Source of the DNA: Eledone cirrhosa
Taxonomy: Eukaryota
NCBI GenBank assembly: GCA_964016885.1
Contig: OZ024760.1
Location: 23,188,001 to 23,252,000, forward strand
Length of the DNA stretch: 64,000 nucleotides
Direction of reading: 5' to 3'
This document shows, piece after piece, positions 1-13,425 of this stretch. Both the position numbers and the translations under genes were made by a program. The notes under the pieces are model-generated. The model worked only from the letters and a program-made list of their open reading frames with translations. It had not been told where the DNA came from and did not search any database. The first letter of the stretch is position 1. Each line of letters starts with the position of its first letter.

Positions 1-16
1 TCATATCATGTTCTCC

Positions 17-87
17 TGTTTTATCTGATGAAAACACAAATATTATTGCATGACGATGTTTGTTTTTGAAATGCGCATAATAAAATA
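17..87 (+). ncRNA. Minimal type-I hammerhead ribozyme motif (Penelope-like terminus, family A)
   Basis: Stem I TGTTTTAT / ATAAAATA. CTGATGA at 25-31. Stem II CAAATATT..GATGTTTG. GAAA at 68-71, palindromic TGCGCA, then the TA cleavage position. Same family as 13418-13860. Confidence 0.75.
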
Positions 88-121
88 CATGGAACTCCTT
101 TAACCATCTTTTGATCTTATA

Positions 122-122
122 T

Positions 123-218
<96 letters not shown>
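122..218. repeat. (TA)n microsatellite, representative of dozens across the window
   Basis: Direct reading of the sequence. Confidence 0.97.
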
Positions 219-221
<3 letters not shown>

Positions 222-244
222 AGATAGAGAGGGAGAGAGAGAGA

Positions 245-315
245 GAAAAAGAGTGAGGATCCCGACGGCTGAGCTTCTGCTGTTTCGACAGCTAGATCCG
301 AACTAACCCAGTTAG
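245..315 (-). mobile_element. Inverted fragment of a family C short element
   Basis: Near-identical to 715-780; the minus strand reads GTCGAAACAGCAGAAGCTCAGCCGTCGGGATCC. Confidence 0.55.
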
Positions 316-363
316 TATATATGCATATGTGCATATATGTTGTACGCTTTGTATAATATATGT

Positions 364-395
<32 letters not shown>

Positions 396-402
<7 letters not shown>

Positions 403-625
403 TAAAAAAATAATGAATAAAACAATGAAACAGTTCCTTATATTAAACAAAGAACTGTTTCCTTGTTTTATTCATTATTTTTTTAATATTTTATCTTGAC
501 TCTGTATTCCGTTTATCTTTCACCGAAAGTGATATTTCATTGCATCTCTTCTTTCCATGATATCCGGATTACATTGAGTTCTTCATACGGATTGGACACT
601 ACCGTAAACTTTTGGTAGATTTATC

Positions 626-630
<5 letters not shown>
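396..630 (+). mobile_element. Short (TA)n-inserted element with a ~40-bp 5' foldback
   Basis: AAAATATTAAAAAAATAATGAATAAAACAATGAAACAGTTC is mirrored at about 453-492. TTGAGTT lies ~50 nt before the 3' (TA)n. Confidence 0.5.
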
Positions 631-692
<62 letters not shown>

Positions 693-711
693 AGAGAGAC
701 AGTGAGAGAGA

Positions 712-920
712 GAGGAAAAGAGTCAGGATCCCGACGGCTGAGCTTCTGCTGTTTCGACAGATAGATCCGAAATAAGCCAGTTCGAATCTAGATGTCGAAA
801 GGGCCGGACCTCAACCGTCGGGGTCCAGACTCTTTTCCTGTTACCCACTCTACTACCCTAAGTATCGAGTAATCTGGTGTGTTATGGTCCACCTGGTATC
901 TTACTATAGCTTCTTTGTAA
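712..920 (+). mobile_element. Family C short element with 5' foldback, half-hammerhead and 3' bulged hairpin
   Basis: Diverged inverted arms at 712-770 and 780-840. ACTC-TACT-ACCCTA-AGTA-TC-GAGT at 847-870. The 3' part is homologous to 41232-41383 and 45481-45628. Confidence 0.65.
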
Positions 921-954
<34 letters not shown>

Positions 955-955
955 C

Positions 956-1125
956 TTAGGGTAAACATTGATGCAATTCAATTCAAGCACTCAACGTACT
1001 TTTTCCACATAGGAGTGACGGAGTAAATATCGAATAAGGAAACGCGAAGTAGTATCAGATGTTCTGCAATTCAATTCAAGCACTCAACGTACCTTTTCCA
1101 CATCTGAAACTACTTCGCTTATCCT

Positions 1126-1130
<5 letters not shown>
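956..1130 (-). mobile_element. Rearranged short element 3' end between (TA)n tracts
   Basis: Direct repeat TGCAATTCAATTCAAGCACTCAACGTAC..TTCCACAT, plus an inverted repeat at 1037-1062 / 1101-1128. Bulged hairpin on the minus strand at 987-1024. Confidence 0.5.
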
Positions 1131-1223
<93 letters not shown>

Positions 1224-2552
1224 AGTTGAGGGGACTAGCATATGTTTCACTGCTAGTATCGGTTGCGTCTCACCACATTCAATATGTAAAAATCCCCGAG
1301 TAGACAGAGAGATATTTGCTTCAATACAACAGTACGTGAATGAGTACCTGAAATCTATACCCGTGCTCGAGTTTCTGCCACACTTAAGGCACCAATAGAG
1401 TGCACAACATCCCCTATCTGCATCTATTATTCAACGATGCACAATTTGTGTATGTGGCTTCAGCAGCGCGTTTCTCCTAATCAATAACTAATCTGTCGAC
1501 ATAATTCAATTCCATTCCGTGTGGAAAAGTCTGGCTCTTTGGCAGGTATCTCTATATATTCTTTGTCTTTATTTTTCTACAAGTGGCTCCGACTTCAAAC
1601 GGTTCCACTAAGAAATCTGTATGTTTTATAATAAACTTTTTTTTGTCTTTCTGTCTCTTTCATTTTTTTTTTTTTTTTGAATGATAACATTTTACTCGTC
1701 TCTCAACAATTTTCCGTTTTTTTTTGAGAAATTTATTGCGATGTGATATGTCTACCTGGATGTTTCTCACGACAGATCGAAGCGAATTTAGACGGTAAGA
1801 GAGAGAGAGTGTGTGTTTGTGTGTGTGTGTGAGAGACAGAGAGAGAGAGAGAGAGATACAGACAGACAGCGTTTAGAGAGACAGACACACAGAGATGAGA
1901 GAGACAGATATTCAGAGAAATTGGGTGTGGCCAATTAACAAACGAAGATCAGAGCTGCGGGTGTGAACAAGAATGATATTGTAATACTAGCAAGAGATAC
2001 AGGGTCATCAGCCGTCGAAATGGACGTTCTCAGTTTCGACCACAAACGAAGATACGACTAGTTCGTCTGGCTTTATAGTATCGGATAAAAACAGTCAAAC
2101 ACTCTCCTTGCAATATGCTGACGAAAAGAAGCCAAAACAAAACTCGTGTCTATAGAATTATATGTACGACATTTACAGGGAAAATACGTGAGTGAAAGGG
2201 TTGGTTAGAGCTGGATACAACCAGACACACTCAACCACGCTCTAGCATGGGGCGGGCGGCCTGAATCACATGAAACGTAAGCATATTAAACCAAGAGGAG
2301 GCCATTAATCTCAAGGTTTGAACGGGTTTCTCCAGACAAGGGGGGTTTATGAAAGACAAGATATGAGAAAGAGTTATAGACAACGAAATAATCCGACTAA
2401 TACATCACAGGTCACGGTTTATTGACATGAAAAGGGTGAAAAATGAAGGTTTTGACAAGATTTTACTCAGCGTAGAGAAGGGAAATGAATGCGGTAAAGT
2501 ATTCTATAAGACGTTTTCCCCCTCCCCTCTCTCACACACAGAATCACACTCT

Positions 2553-2639
<87 letters not shown>

Positions 2640-2933
2640 ATATATATATATATAAAATATATATGTGTAAATGTATATGTATATATATATATATAAAATA
2701 TATATGTGTAAATGTATATATATATATATACATAAATATATATATATATGTATTAATGTATGTATATATACGTATTTATGTATGTATTTGTGTATGTACA
2801 TATACATATATGTATTTATGTATATATATATATATATGTGTGTGTGTGGGTGTGTGTGTGTGTATGTTGGGTGTGCGGGTCTTTGGATGTATGTATTTAT
2901 GTATGTATATGTATATATATGTATTTATATCTC

Positions 2934-3021
<88 letters not shown>

Positions 3022-3383
3022 CACACACACACACACATACACACACACACACATATATATATATATCTATATTTATATTATATTATATTCATATGAGTAT
3101 GTGTGACGGTATGTCAGCCAGTATATAGAGCTAAATTTGTTCACACGTCATAATGTATGACACGTGTAACAATGTTGATATCTTTGGGGGATATCATATG
3201 AAGTTTCTTGAAGCAACTGTAAGAATCTATCTGCACTGGGATTTGAGACACTCATATATACCACGTCCATCTATAGAACACTGCTCTCACACAGGTATAC
3301 CAACGTGAGCACCATATATCACATACGCAATATCACACTTATACAGTCACACATACATACATACATCTATATATAGATATAGA

Positions 3384-3474
<91 letters not shown>

Positions 3475-3525
3475 TTGTGTATATATTAATATATATATAT
3501 GTATTTATGTATATGAATATATATG

Positions 3526-3604
<79 letters not shown>

Positions 3605-3803
3605 GTATATATATATATATGTATGTATGTATATATGTATATATATGTATATATATATATATATATATGTATGTATATATATATATGTGTGTTTATGTAT
3701 ATACATATATATATATATGTATGTATGTATATATATATATGTATATATATACACATATATATGTATATATATATATATAAGTATATATATATGTATATAT
3801 ATG

Positions 3804-3844
<41 letters not shown>

Positions 3845-4003
3845 TCATATATAGATTTATGTATGTATATATGTATATATATTTATATATGTTTATATAG
3901 AAGTCTATGAACATTCTGCACTTTAAGGCGACTTATATCTGGCGTTAGAACTATATGTAGAGATACGCACACACGCACAATATATATATATATATATATA
4001 CAT

Positions 4004-4078
<75 letters not shown>

Positions 4079-4208
4079 GTGAGTGTGTTCCGTTATTATT
4101 TCTGGTAATATTATAAAAATATGACCTTCCCCAAGTATAACACTACATATATATATATATATATTAATTCAAAATATTAACAAATATAGACATTCGTGTG
4201 ATCAAGTA

Positions 4209-4275
4209 TATTTTATTATACATATTTCAGAGGTACTGAGCTATCTTCAACAGTACGTCCTCATCAGATAAAATA
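4209..4275 (-). ncRNA. Minimal type-I hammerhead motif (mirror copy)
   Basis: Reverse complement of 4536-4602; TCATCAG at 4261-4267. Confidence 0.75.
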
Positions 4276-4535
4276 AGATGATGCATGACATACCTTCACT
4301 AAGTAGATGGTTAACATTCAGTCATGGCAGTCAAAATACCAATGGTCAAAATACCAATGGTCATTGCCTTTGTACTAACAAAAATTCCTCCTATTAGTAT
4401 AATCATATATGTACTAATATGGGCAATTTTTGTTAGTACAAAGGCAATGACCATTCGTATTTTGACCATTGGTATTTTGACTGCCATGACTGAATTTTAA
4501 CCATCTACTTAGTGAAGGTATGTCATGCATCATCT

Positions 4536-4602
4536 TATTTTATCTGATGAGGACGTACTGTTGAAGATAGCTCAGTACCTCTGAAATATGTATAATAAAA
4601 TA
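4536..4602 (+). ncRNA. Minimal type-I hammerhead ribozyme motif
   Basis: TATTTTAT-CTGATGA(4544)-GGACGTACTG..CAGTACCTCT-GAAA-TATGTA-TA-ATAAAATA; stem I pairs 8/8. Confidence 0.78.
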
Positions 4603-4733
4603 TACTTGATCACACGAATGTCTATATTTGTTAATATTTTGAATTAATATATATATATATATATATATATATTGTTATACTTGGGGAGGGTCATATTGTT
4701 ATAATATTACCAGTAATAATAACGGAACACATT

Positions 4734-5060
4734 CTGATTTCAAATCCCGCCCCGAGATTTACTTTACCTTTCCTCCTTACGGGGTCGATAAAATAAAGGA
4801 CCAGTAATGCACTGGGGTAATTGCTGGCCTTGTGCCAAAAGTAGAAACAATGATTATCATTATTTGGATTGGCAGTATCGGTCGAGGGTCAGACGCCATG
4901 CTTTGCAGCAAAGTGTTACGGCCCTTTATGGTCTGAGTTCAAATCCCGCCCCGAGATTAACTTTGCCTTTCATCCTTACGAGGTCGATAAAATAAAGTAC
5001 AAGTAATACACAGGAGTATTTTCTGGCCTTGTGCCAAACGAAGAAACAATTATTATCATT
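4734..5060 (+). mobile_element. tRNA-derived Meta-domain SINE (octopus OK-like): one partial plus one full copy in tandem
   Basis: A-box TGGCAGTATCGG, B-box GAGTTCAAATCCC, central CTTTCATCCTTACGGGGTCGATAAAATAAAGTACCAG, tail AGTAGAAACAATTATT. Confidence 0.85.
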
Positions 5061-5350
5061 AGTCTGCGCCTGTAGACTGAGGATGGGGAGAACTGAGAGA
5101 GGGCGCTTGCCCCAGTGGTCAGAGTGGCCGTGGTCTTTTGTGGGTTTTCGCCACGAATGATCCTCGGAGGTTTCCCCCTTATTGGGGAATTTTTATTGTT
5201 TAAATTTTTAACTTGTTTTTACACATTTCTATTTTTCTTGTTATAATTTTTAACACGGCCAAAACCCACTTTGTCTCCCCCCCCTATCCAATTATGTGCC
5301 CCCTGCAATAATTTTCTTCGTCTTAGCCATTGTGACCAATAAGGAAACCC
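5061..5350 (+). mobile_element. Probable 3' UTR fragment of a Tx1-type LINE
   Basis: Starts CTGCGCCTGTAGACTGAGG, like the ORF2 end ATGCGCCTGAGGAG at ~29690. Ends GCCATTGTGACCAATAAGGAAA, like GGCC..GGCCAATAAATGAAA at ~29950. Confidence 0.45.
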
Positions 5351-5351
5351 T

Positions 5352-5535
5352 TACTACCATTAGTAATAGTAGTAGTAGTAGCAGTAGTAGTAGTAGTAGT
5401 AATGGTGGTAGTAGTAGTCGGAGGAGGAGTAATAGTAGGATGAGGAGTAGTAGTAGTAGCGGAAGAAGCAGCAACAGCAGCAGTAGTGGTGGTAGTAGTA
5501 GGGGGAGTAGTAGCAGCAACAGGAACAGTAACAGC
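5352..5535. repeat. (TAG/CAG)n trinucleotide tract
   Basis: Direct reading of the sequence. Confidence 0.9.
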
Positions 5536-6439
5536 ATGGCGGTGTCAGTGAAACGGTGGCACCATGCTTCCACGGATTTAGTTATGGTCCTTTACGTTCA
5601 GCGTTTAAATCTTACCGCGTGTACCTTGCCATTCATACTTACGGGGTCGATAAATTAAAGTACCATTAACGCACTGGAATCAATATAATCCATTTTGCCT
5701 GACTCAAATAATTATTGGCTCTCAATTAGTGAAAACGTTTTTCGGAGCTTCGCAAAGGTAGGACATTTTCTCTTTATTTTCATTTATAATAACTGTTGTA
5801 TTATTTGAAAAGGGTCGTAATACTTCCGTCTGTGTCATGTGAAGGGGTACTTATATAATATTTGGGCCTTTTGGCCCACATATGTGAACTATTTTGTATT
5901 TTAAAAAATATTCTCGAAAAAAAAAATCATGGCTGAGTCACGCCCCCCCCCCCTTTAAGTCTGCTGTCGTGTGAGAGGAGGGAAGCGTCAAACACATTCA
6001 TTTATATTACAAATACATTTAGCAGTACCACTACAAACAGCATGAACAGGTGCAACAGTAACACCAATAGTGAGAACAATAACTTTAAAAAAAACAACGA
6101 TAATACCAACCACATCAGTAACAGAGACAAACAAAAGACAACAGAAATGATGACAACAAAAACAACAACGAAATTAACACAACTAAAAAGGATTTAAACG
6201 GAGACAGCATCAACAGCAACAATACCAACTGCATCGAGAACAACAACAACGGTGGCACGAAAGATATAACGACCTGCAACAGTGATAACAGCAACAGCAC
6301 CAACAAGAACGACTTCGAGAACAACAACAACGGTGGCACGAAATATATAACAAACTGCAACAATCATAACAGCAATAGCACCAACAGAGAACGACTTCGA
6401 GAACAACACCACCACCATCAGCACCGACAAAAACAAGAA

Positions 6440-7250
6440 CACTTTCGCTGCGGCATCAGACAAAAGGAGGGCCATGTTGAAGCAAAGATGAAAAGTTGGC
6501 CCAAGCCTGGAAGTTCATGAGGCAAGAGTAAACCTGAGCCAACTTAACTGTCCCGGTAGAGGCTATTGAAGCAGTGAGGCGGAGAACGGTGTATGACAGA
6601 TGCATCTCAGCAGAAACCAACAGGGCAGCTTTAATTGCACAAGCAGATGTCGAAGTTGCGCTGAGGTGCATCAGGGGTGTCACCGAATCCATAGCGAGGG
6701 GCAGACAACACGGCACCATTTCGGTGCTGTTTAAGTCAGAAGCCCTGGCTATGAAACATGCTATGATACCTTGCAAAACCAACATGGTCATAATGTGCCC
6801 CCTCCAACATGGGAAAAAGAACAGCTCGTCTCAGCATTCCCAGAATTCCACCAGAACTTAAAATATGGTGCCTTCTGTGATGTGTGATTGTGGAGGGGAC
6901 CGATACCGTCCCGATAGAAGTAACAAGAACTGCCAGAGAGGAATTGGTCCGGGGTTGACCTGGAGATACTTCTCCAGATCAGACCGGAGAATGTCAAAAC
7001 AATCCCAGACCACATCCGTCTTCAGAACGGGACGGTAATTGACATTATGACTGAGGGCAAAAGGCTGCATTGTTTCGTTTGCGGGGAAAAAACACATTTG
7101 CAAGCCTTCTGTCCTCAACTGCTGACAGATGAAAGGGGTCGAAGCAACAACAACAACAATAGAACCACCAACGTTGTCCACCCAAGGGGGAAAAGAGGTA
7201 GGTTGTCAAATCCCCCCCCCCCCCACAAAAAGAATTCACACATCAATAAA
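6440..7250 (+). pseudogene. Decayed ORF1 (gag-like, CCHC zinc knuckle) of a Tx1/L1-clade non-LTR retrotransposon
   Basis: CFVCGEKTHLQAFC fits CX2CX4HX4C at ~7070-7112. The upstream frame RRRTVYDRC..GTISVLFKSEALA is broken by stops and frameshifts. Confidence 0.7.
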
Positions 7251-7595
7251 AACATAAACACACACACACACACACACTTACAGACGCAGATCCCTCATCT
7301 ACCAGTAGTGAAGATGAGGAAAAACCAAAATCCCAAAACTCAACAAAGAACAAAAACACCCACAATAGAAAATGCAGACAACGACTCGCGTGAACATCTC
7401 CCCAACAACAACACCAACACCACCATCACCAAAATCCCTAAACGCAAACAACTTAAACAGACGTAAGAACAAATACCCACACACACATCTGAAACCACAG
7501 ACAGCGCACTCACAACAGAGAGACAACCGAAACAACTCCATCAGGTTCAACAATTTAGTTAAGAAACAGTCTACAGGGGAAGTCGTCCACAATAG

Positions 7596-8920
7596 ATGGT
7601 GGGGTATCTCAAAAGAGAGATTAGAGTAATGTCGATAGGGTTTAGGAAAGAACTAGCGTTAGAGAAAAATAGAAAGGAGGGGGAGCTGGTAGCTAAGTTA
7701 GACGAGGCTATTTGTAGTGGCATTGCAACTGACGTGCTAGCGGCGAGAATGGCATTAGTTGATTTCTTCAATGCGAAACACGAAGGTTGCATTGTCAGAG
7801 CTAAGGCGCATGCTCTGAGAAACGAGGGAACCAAAGCTGTTCGATGGGCCCCTGTGGTTAGAGGGGCAGCGTGGTAATAAAATCCCAATTCGGGTTTTGA
7901 CGGCCCGAAACGGATTCGAGCTGAACGATTCCAGGCGGATATGTGATGCATTTCACCAGCTTATTGCTCGGTTGTTCGGGGTTAGTGGCGAGTCAGTCAG
8001 AGACAGTGGTGGACTTTAGTCTCTACCTCGATGGCTTGCCCATCTATCGACGGCCGAAGCTAAGCGCTGCGAAAGGCCGATAACTTCAGCCGAGATTCAG
8101 GAAGCCCTTGTCGGCTGCACGAGGTGCAAGTCACCCGGTTTGGATGGTCTGCCCTACGAGCTTTACGTAAATATGCCAGACTTGTTCTACGACCTACTGG
8201 AAGCGCTCTACTGCAACTGGCAGCAGAACGGGAGTATTCCGAGTTCTGTGAGCCGCTACGTAGTGACGCTGATGAGCAAAGACGAGAACAAGTGGGATAC
8301 CTTAGATACTTTCCTGCCCATAACCTGCTCAACAGAGTTTAAGATTTTGGCCAAGGTGTTAGCGAAGAGGCTGGAGCTTGTCGTCGAGGATTTGGTTGGG
8401 GAGGGGCGAATTTGCGCAATCCCGACTAGGTCCATACACGACAACCTCCACCTGATGTCATACATGATAGAGATTGTAGGGTGTAAACCTGGCTTCGATG
8501 GGGCTCTGATCAATTTAGATCAATCAAAAACATTCGATAGGGTCGAACATCGGTAACTGGAGGCTGTCCTCTAGACAGCTGGCTCCAGCCCCGTCTTCAG
8601 AAGCAGGATCACTGCAATGTACAGCGGAAAGTCTGAGTGGTCAAAGTTAATGGCGCCTTCTCTCAACCGTTTGAGATCTCCCGATAGGTCCGTTAAGAGT
8701 GCCCTCTCTCCTCCCTTCTGTACGTATTGACTCTTGAGCCTTTTCTGCAGAAGCTCGAGCTGTTGCAGAGCATCCCACTCGAACCGGTACGGGGAAAGGC
8801 TGTGTCGGATTATGCGGACGACATACGGTGTCGGATACCTCGGAAATCGAGGTGGTCGGCAACTTATTGGAGGAATATGAAAGGCTGACAGGAGCCAAAG
8901 ATAACCCGGAAAAGGTTGTG
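7596..8920 (+). pseudogene. Decayed ORF2 reverse transcriptase of a Tx1/L1-clade LINE; endonuclease absent, truncated after YADD
   Basis: SPGLDGLPYELY, FKILAKVLAKRL, RSIHDNL, ALINLDQSKTFDRVEH, CPLSP-like motif, TATGCGGACGAC (YADD) at 8811. Multiple stops and frameshifts. Confidence 0.88.
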
Positions 8921-9094
8921 GTAACAACAGCAGAAGCAGTATAATTGTAGTAGTAACAGAATTAGTAGTAGTCGTAACGATGATATGATTAATAGTATTT
9001 TATGATTAATAGTATTATACTCATTATCCTTCAATTTGTTAACATAATACGCGAGTATCTAACAATAGAATCTGAAATATGAGAATTTCAAAGC

Positions 9095-10090
9095 AACAAC
9101 AAAATACGTGAAACTATATAAAAATACATCAACAATAACAAACAAAACCAATATGTGAAACGATAGTGAAATACAACAACAACAACAAAACCAATATGTG
9201 AAAAGATATTGAAATACAACAAACAAAACCAATATGTGAAAAGATATTGAAATACAACAAACAAAACCAATATGTGAAAAGATATTGAAATACAACAAAC
9301 AAAACCAATATGTGAAAAAATATTGAAATACAACAAACAAAACCAATATGTCAAACGATATAAAAATACAATAACAAAACCAATATGTCAAACGATATTG
9401 AAATACAACAAACAAAAACAGACATAACCAATATGTGAAACGGTATTGAAATACAATAACAAAACCAATATGAAAAGATATTGAAATACAACAAACAACA
9501 ACAAACATAACTAATGTGTAAAGATATTGAAATACAACAAAAAATAAAACCTATATGTGAAACGATATAAAAATACAACAATAACAAAATGTGAAACTAT
9601 ATCAAAATACAACAACAAAACCAATATCTGAAAAGATATTGAAATACAACAAACAAAACCAATATGTGAAACGATATTGAAATACAACAAACAACAACAA
9701 TAACATAACCAATATGTGAAATGATATTGAAATACAACAAACAACAACAATAACATAACCAATATGTGAAATGATATTGAAATACAACAAACAACAACAA
9801 TAACATAACCAATATGTGAAATGATATTGAAATACAACAGTAACAATATGTGAAACTATATCAAAATACAACAATAACAAAACCAATATGTGAAATGATA
9901 TTGAAATACAACAGTAACAATATGTGAAACTATATCAAAATACAACAATAACATAACCAATATGTGAAATGATATTGAAATACAACAGTAACAATATGTG
10001 AAACTATATCAAAATACAACAAACAAAACCAATATCTGAAAAGATATTGAAATACAACAAACAAAACCAATATGTGAAACGATATAAAAA
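9095..10090. repeat. Minisatellite with a ~39-51-bp unit (AAACAAAACCAATATGTGAAAAGATATTGAAATACAAC), about 22 copies
   Basis: Recurrent AATATGTGAAA..GATATTGAAATACAAC core. Confidence 0.92.
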
Positions 10091-10693
10091 TAAAAAAAAA
10101 CAGCAATGAAATCATACAAAAAGAATAAATACAAAGAAAGAATCGAGGACGATATAAAAATTAGCATAAATATGAATATACAAATAATTAAAGAGAAAAC
10201 ATTGGACTGGCACGAGAACAATACAAAATGACAAGAATACAATGGAACTGAAATAAGAGAATATTGTCGTTCAGTACTAATGTTTGTCCAATAATATCGA
10301 AAATTGATAGTCTATAATAATTTTAAACTCTTGAACCATCTCTGTAATACACACACACACACACACACATACCCACACATACCCACACACAAATACACAG
10401 ATACACACATACACACACACACGCACACACATACACCCCCCCACACACACACATACGTTGGTTCGTCAAGTATGAAATTTGTAGAGATTTGCGGAAAAAA
10501 CACAAATTTCTACAAATGTCGTACTTGAGGACACAATATATACACAAGCTTACAGACGCACACACACCACACGTGTATAATATATATATATATATACACA
10601 CACACCACACGTGTATAATATATATATATACACACACACCACACGTGTATAATATATATATATATATATACACACACACACCACATGAGTATA

Positions 10694-10725
<32 letters not shown>

Positions 10726-10733
10726 CACATGAG

Positions 10734-10796
<63 letters not shown>

Positions 10797-11174
10797 CATT
10801 AAATCTTCTACCAAAAATACTTTTATTTTGATATATTTTTAATTTTTCCGATGATTTATTCATTTACTACTACTACTGCTCCTGCTGCTCCTCCTCCTAC
10901 TACTACTACTATTATCGTTATTTAAAATTGATCTGTTAAAATTGTTTCATTTTTTTATTCTTTTGAATTTCGAAATCAATTCTATACACTTGGGACAATT
11001 AAGGATTTTTGAGAAAAACATTCATTTCTGAGAGATGGAAGGGTAGAGAAAAGAGGGGGGGGGGGGGGGTAGAATAAGAGGAGAAGGGCGAGGGGGGAAA
11101 AGAGAGGAAGTACATGAAGAAGATATGAATATTAATATTGTGCAAAATGGGAATGAAAATATAAGATACATTCC

Positions 11175-11374
11175 NNNNNNNNNNNNNNNNNNNNNNNNNN
11201 NNNNNNNNNNNNNNNNNNNNNNNNNNNNNNNNNNNNNNNNNNNNNNNNNNNNNNNNNNNNNNNNNNNNNNNNNNNNNNNNNNNNNNNNNNNNNNNNNNNN
11301 NNNNNNNNNNNNNNNNNNNNNNNNNNNNNNNNNNNNNNNNNNNNNNNNNNNNNNNNNNNNNNNNNNNNNNNNNN
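11175..11374. other. Assembly gap (200 N)
   Basis: Run of N. Confidence 0.99.
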
Positions 11375-11421
11375 GCAACTGGTGCGTGTTTCTTATTGGC
11401 AACATGACCCTCCCAAAGCAT

Positions 11422-11470
<49 letters not shown>

Positions 11471-11754
11471 ACACAGAAACGTCGGCGTGAAATGGTTTTT
11501 AATTAATTTGCATTTACATATGTTTCATTGTTATTAAGTGTCTACATGTGCTGACTAGAGTATATATAGTTCAATTATATACAATGCTTAATTGTTTATT
11601 ACACTTCATCAGCAAGCCTATAGTAGTGAAATTAAATTGTTCACTACGCGGAATAATTCAATAATTATTTCTTTGACATGTTATACATATCAACACACGC
11701 AAACATATATTTATATAACACACACACACACACACACACACAGAGACACAGAAC

Positions 11755-11790
<36 letters not shown>

Positions 11791-11874
11791 GTCATCAATT
11801 ATGAGATAGTGTTTTTTTTTTTTCTACAAATTTTATACTTGACGACGATATATATAGAGAGAGATAGGAAAAGA

Positions 11875-12250
11875 GTCGTGGCTTAGGGGTTGAGCATTGG
11901 CCTTGCAATCGAAAGGTTGTGAGTTCAATTTTCAGACTTGGTGATGTGTTGTTCCCATGAGCAAGACACTTTATTTCACATTGCTCCAGTTTACTCAGCT
12001 GTAGAAATGAAATGATGAGACTGGGTTCCCTATCATTCGACTGCAAAGTGGTCGTGGAGGTGCCACGGTAAAAAAAAGCACCCAGCCCACACTGTAAAGT
12101 GGACGCGTAGGCGCCACGGAAAAAAAGCACCCAGAACTCCCTGTAAATGAGGTTGGTGTTAGGAAGGGCATCCAGCTGTAGAAATCAAGCCAGAATCAGT
12201 TTCCGTTCCACCATTGCAAGCAGGAAAAAGCTGACGTAAAATGATGATAT
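11875..12250 (+). mobile_element. tRNA-derived CORE-type SINE (octopus OR-like)
   Basis: GTGGCTTAGGGG A-box, GAGTTCAATT B-box, CORE-like GAGCAAGACACTTTATTTCACATTGCTCCAG, tail GGAAGGGCATCCAGCTGTAGAAA..ATGATGAT. Confidence 0.75.
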
Positions 12251-12289
12251 TAATTCGTCGCTCCACTGATTCCCCGTTTCTCATGTGAT

Positions 12290-12323
<34 letters not shown>

Positions 12324-12381
12324 CGCACGTGTGTTGGTATATATTACATGACAGACACTAATTGATAGTCATGTATTCACG

Positions 12382-12530
12382 GCGGTATCAGTTCAGTAGA
12401 GGGTCGGCCGCCATCCTTTGACGCATAGTTACGGCCCTTACCATTCTGAGTTCAAATCCCGCCGGGGTTAACTTTGCCTTTCATCCTTACGGGGTCGATA
12501 AAATAAAAAGTACCAGTAATGTACTGGTAT
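12382..12530 (+). mobile_element. Meta-domain SINE copy
   Basis: B-box and CTTTCATCCTTACGGGGTCGATAAAAT core. Confidence 0.85.
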
Positions 12531-12873
12531 AAATCCCAAAATTTGCTTTCGATTGTGTTTTTCATTGTTTATTCCTCTCTTTTAATTTTATTCATTTATC
12601 AACCTCATTATTGGCTTCTTATGTATATGCACACAAACACACACACATACACACATACACACACAGCCATATATATATATGTATTTGTATGTATATATAT
12701 ATATATAATTATGTGTGCGTTTTTATATATATATATATATATGTCAATGAAATGACAAGAGAGTGATGTAAAAACACATTCATACAAATGCAAACGTATA
12801 TATTCATAGATATATATACATACATTTACACACACACATATACACACACCCATACACACATACATACCCACAT

Positions 12874-13345
<472 letters not shown>

Positions 13346-13361
13346 ATTTAAATATAACTTT

Positions 13362-13417
<56 letters not shown>

Positions 13418-13425
<8 letters not shown>

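Larger units (their letters stand above)
4084..4733. repeat. ~650-bp near-perfect palindrome carrying a hammerhead in each arm
   Basis: 4084-4398 is the reverse complement of about 4411-4733, with few mismatches and a small central loop. Confidence 0.92.

Noticed and set aside
2000-2045. Possible type-II hammerhead on the minus strand (GAAAC..GTC..CTGATGA)
   Set aside because: Stem I is mismatched and stem II cannot close at the core.
4826-4952. tRNA genes suggested by A and B boxes
   Set aside because: These are SINE heads with no cloverleaf, followed by the SINE core.
11505-11615. CTGATGA...GAAACATATGTA on the minus strand; similar GAAA-palindrome-TA half sites at ~36080 (-) and ~37435 (+)
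   Set aside because: Stems I and II are not convincingly paired; at best decayed relics.
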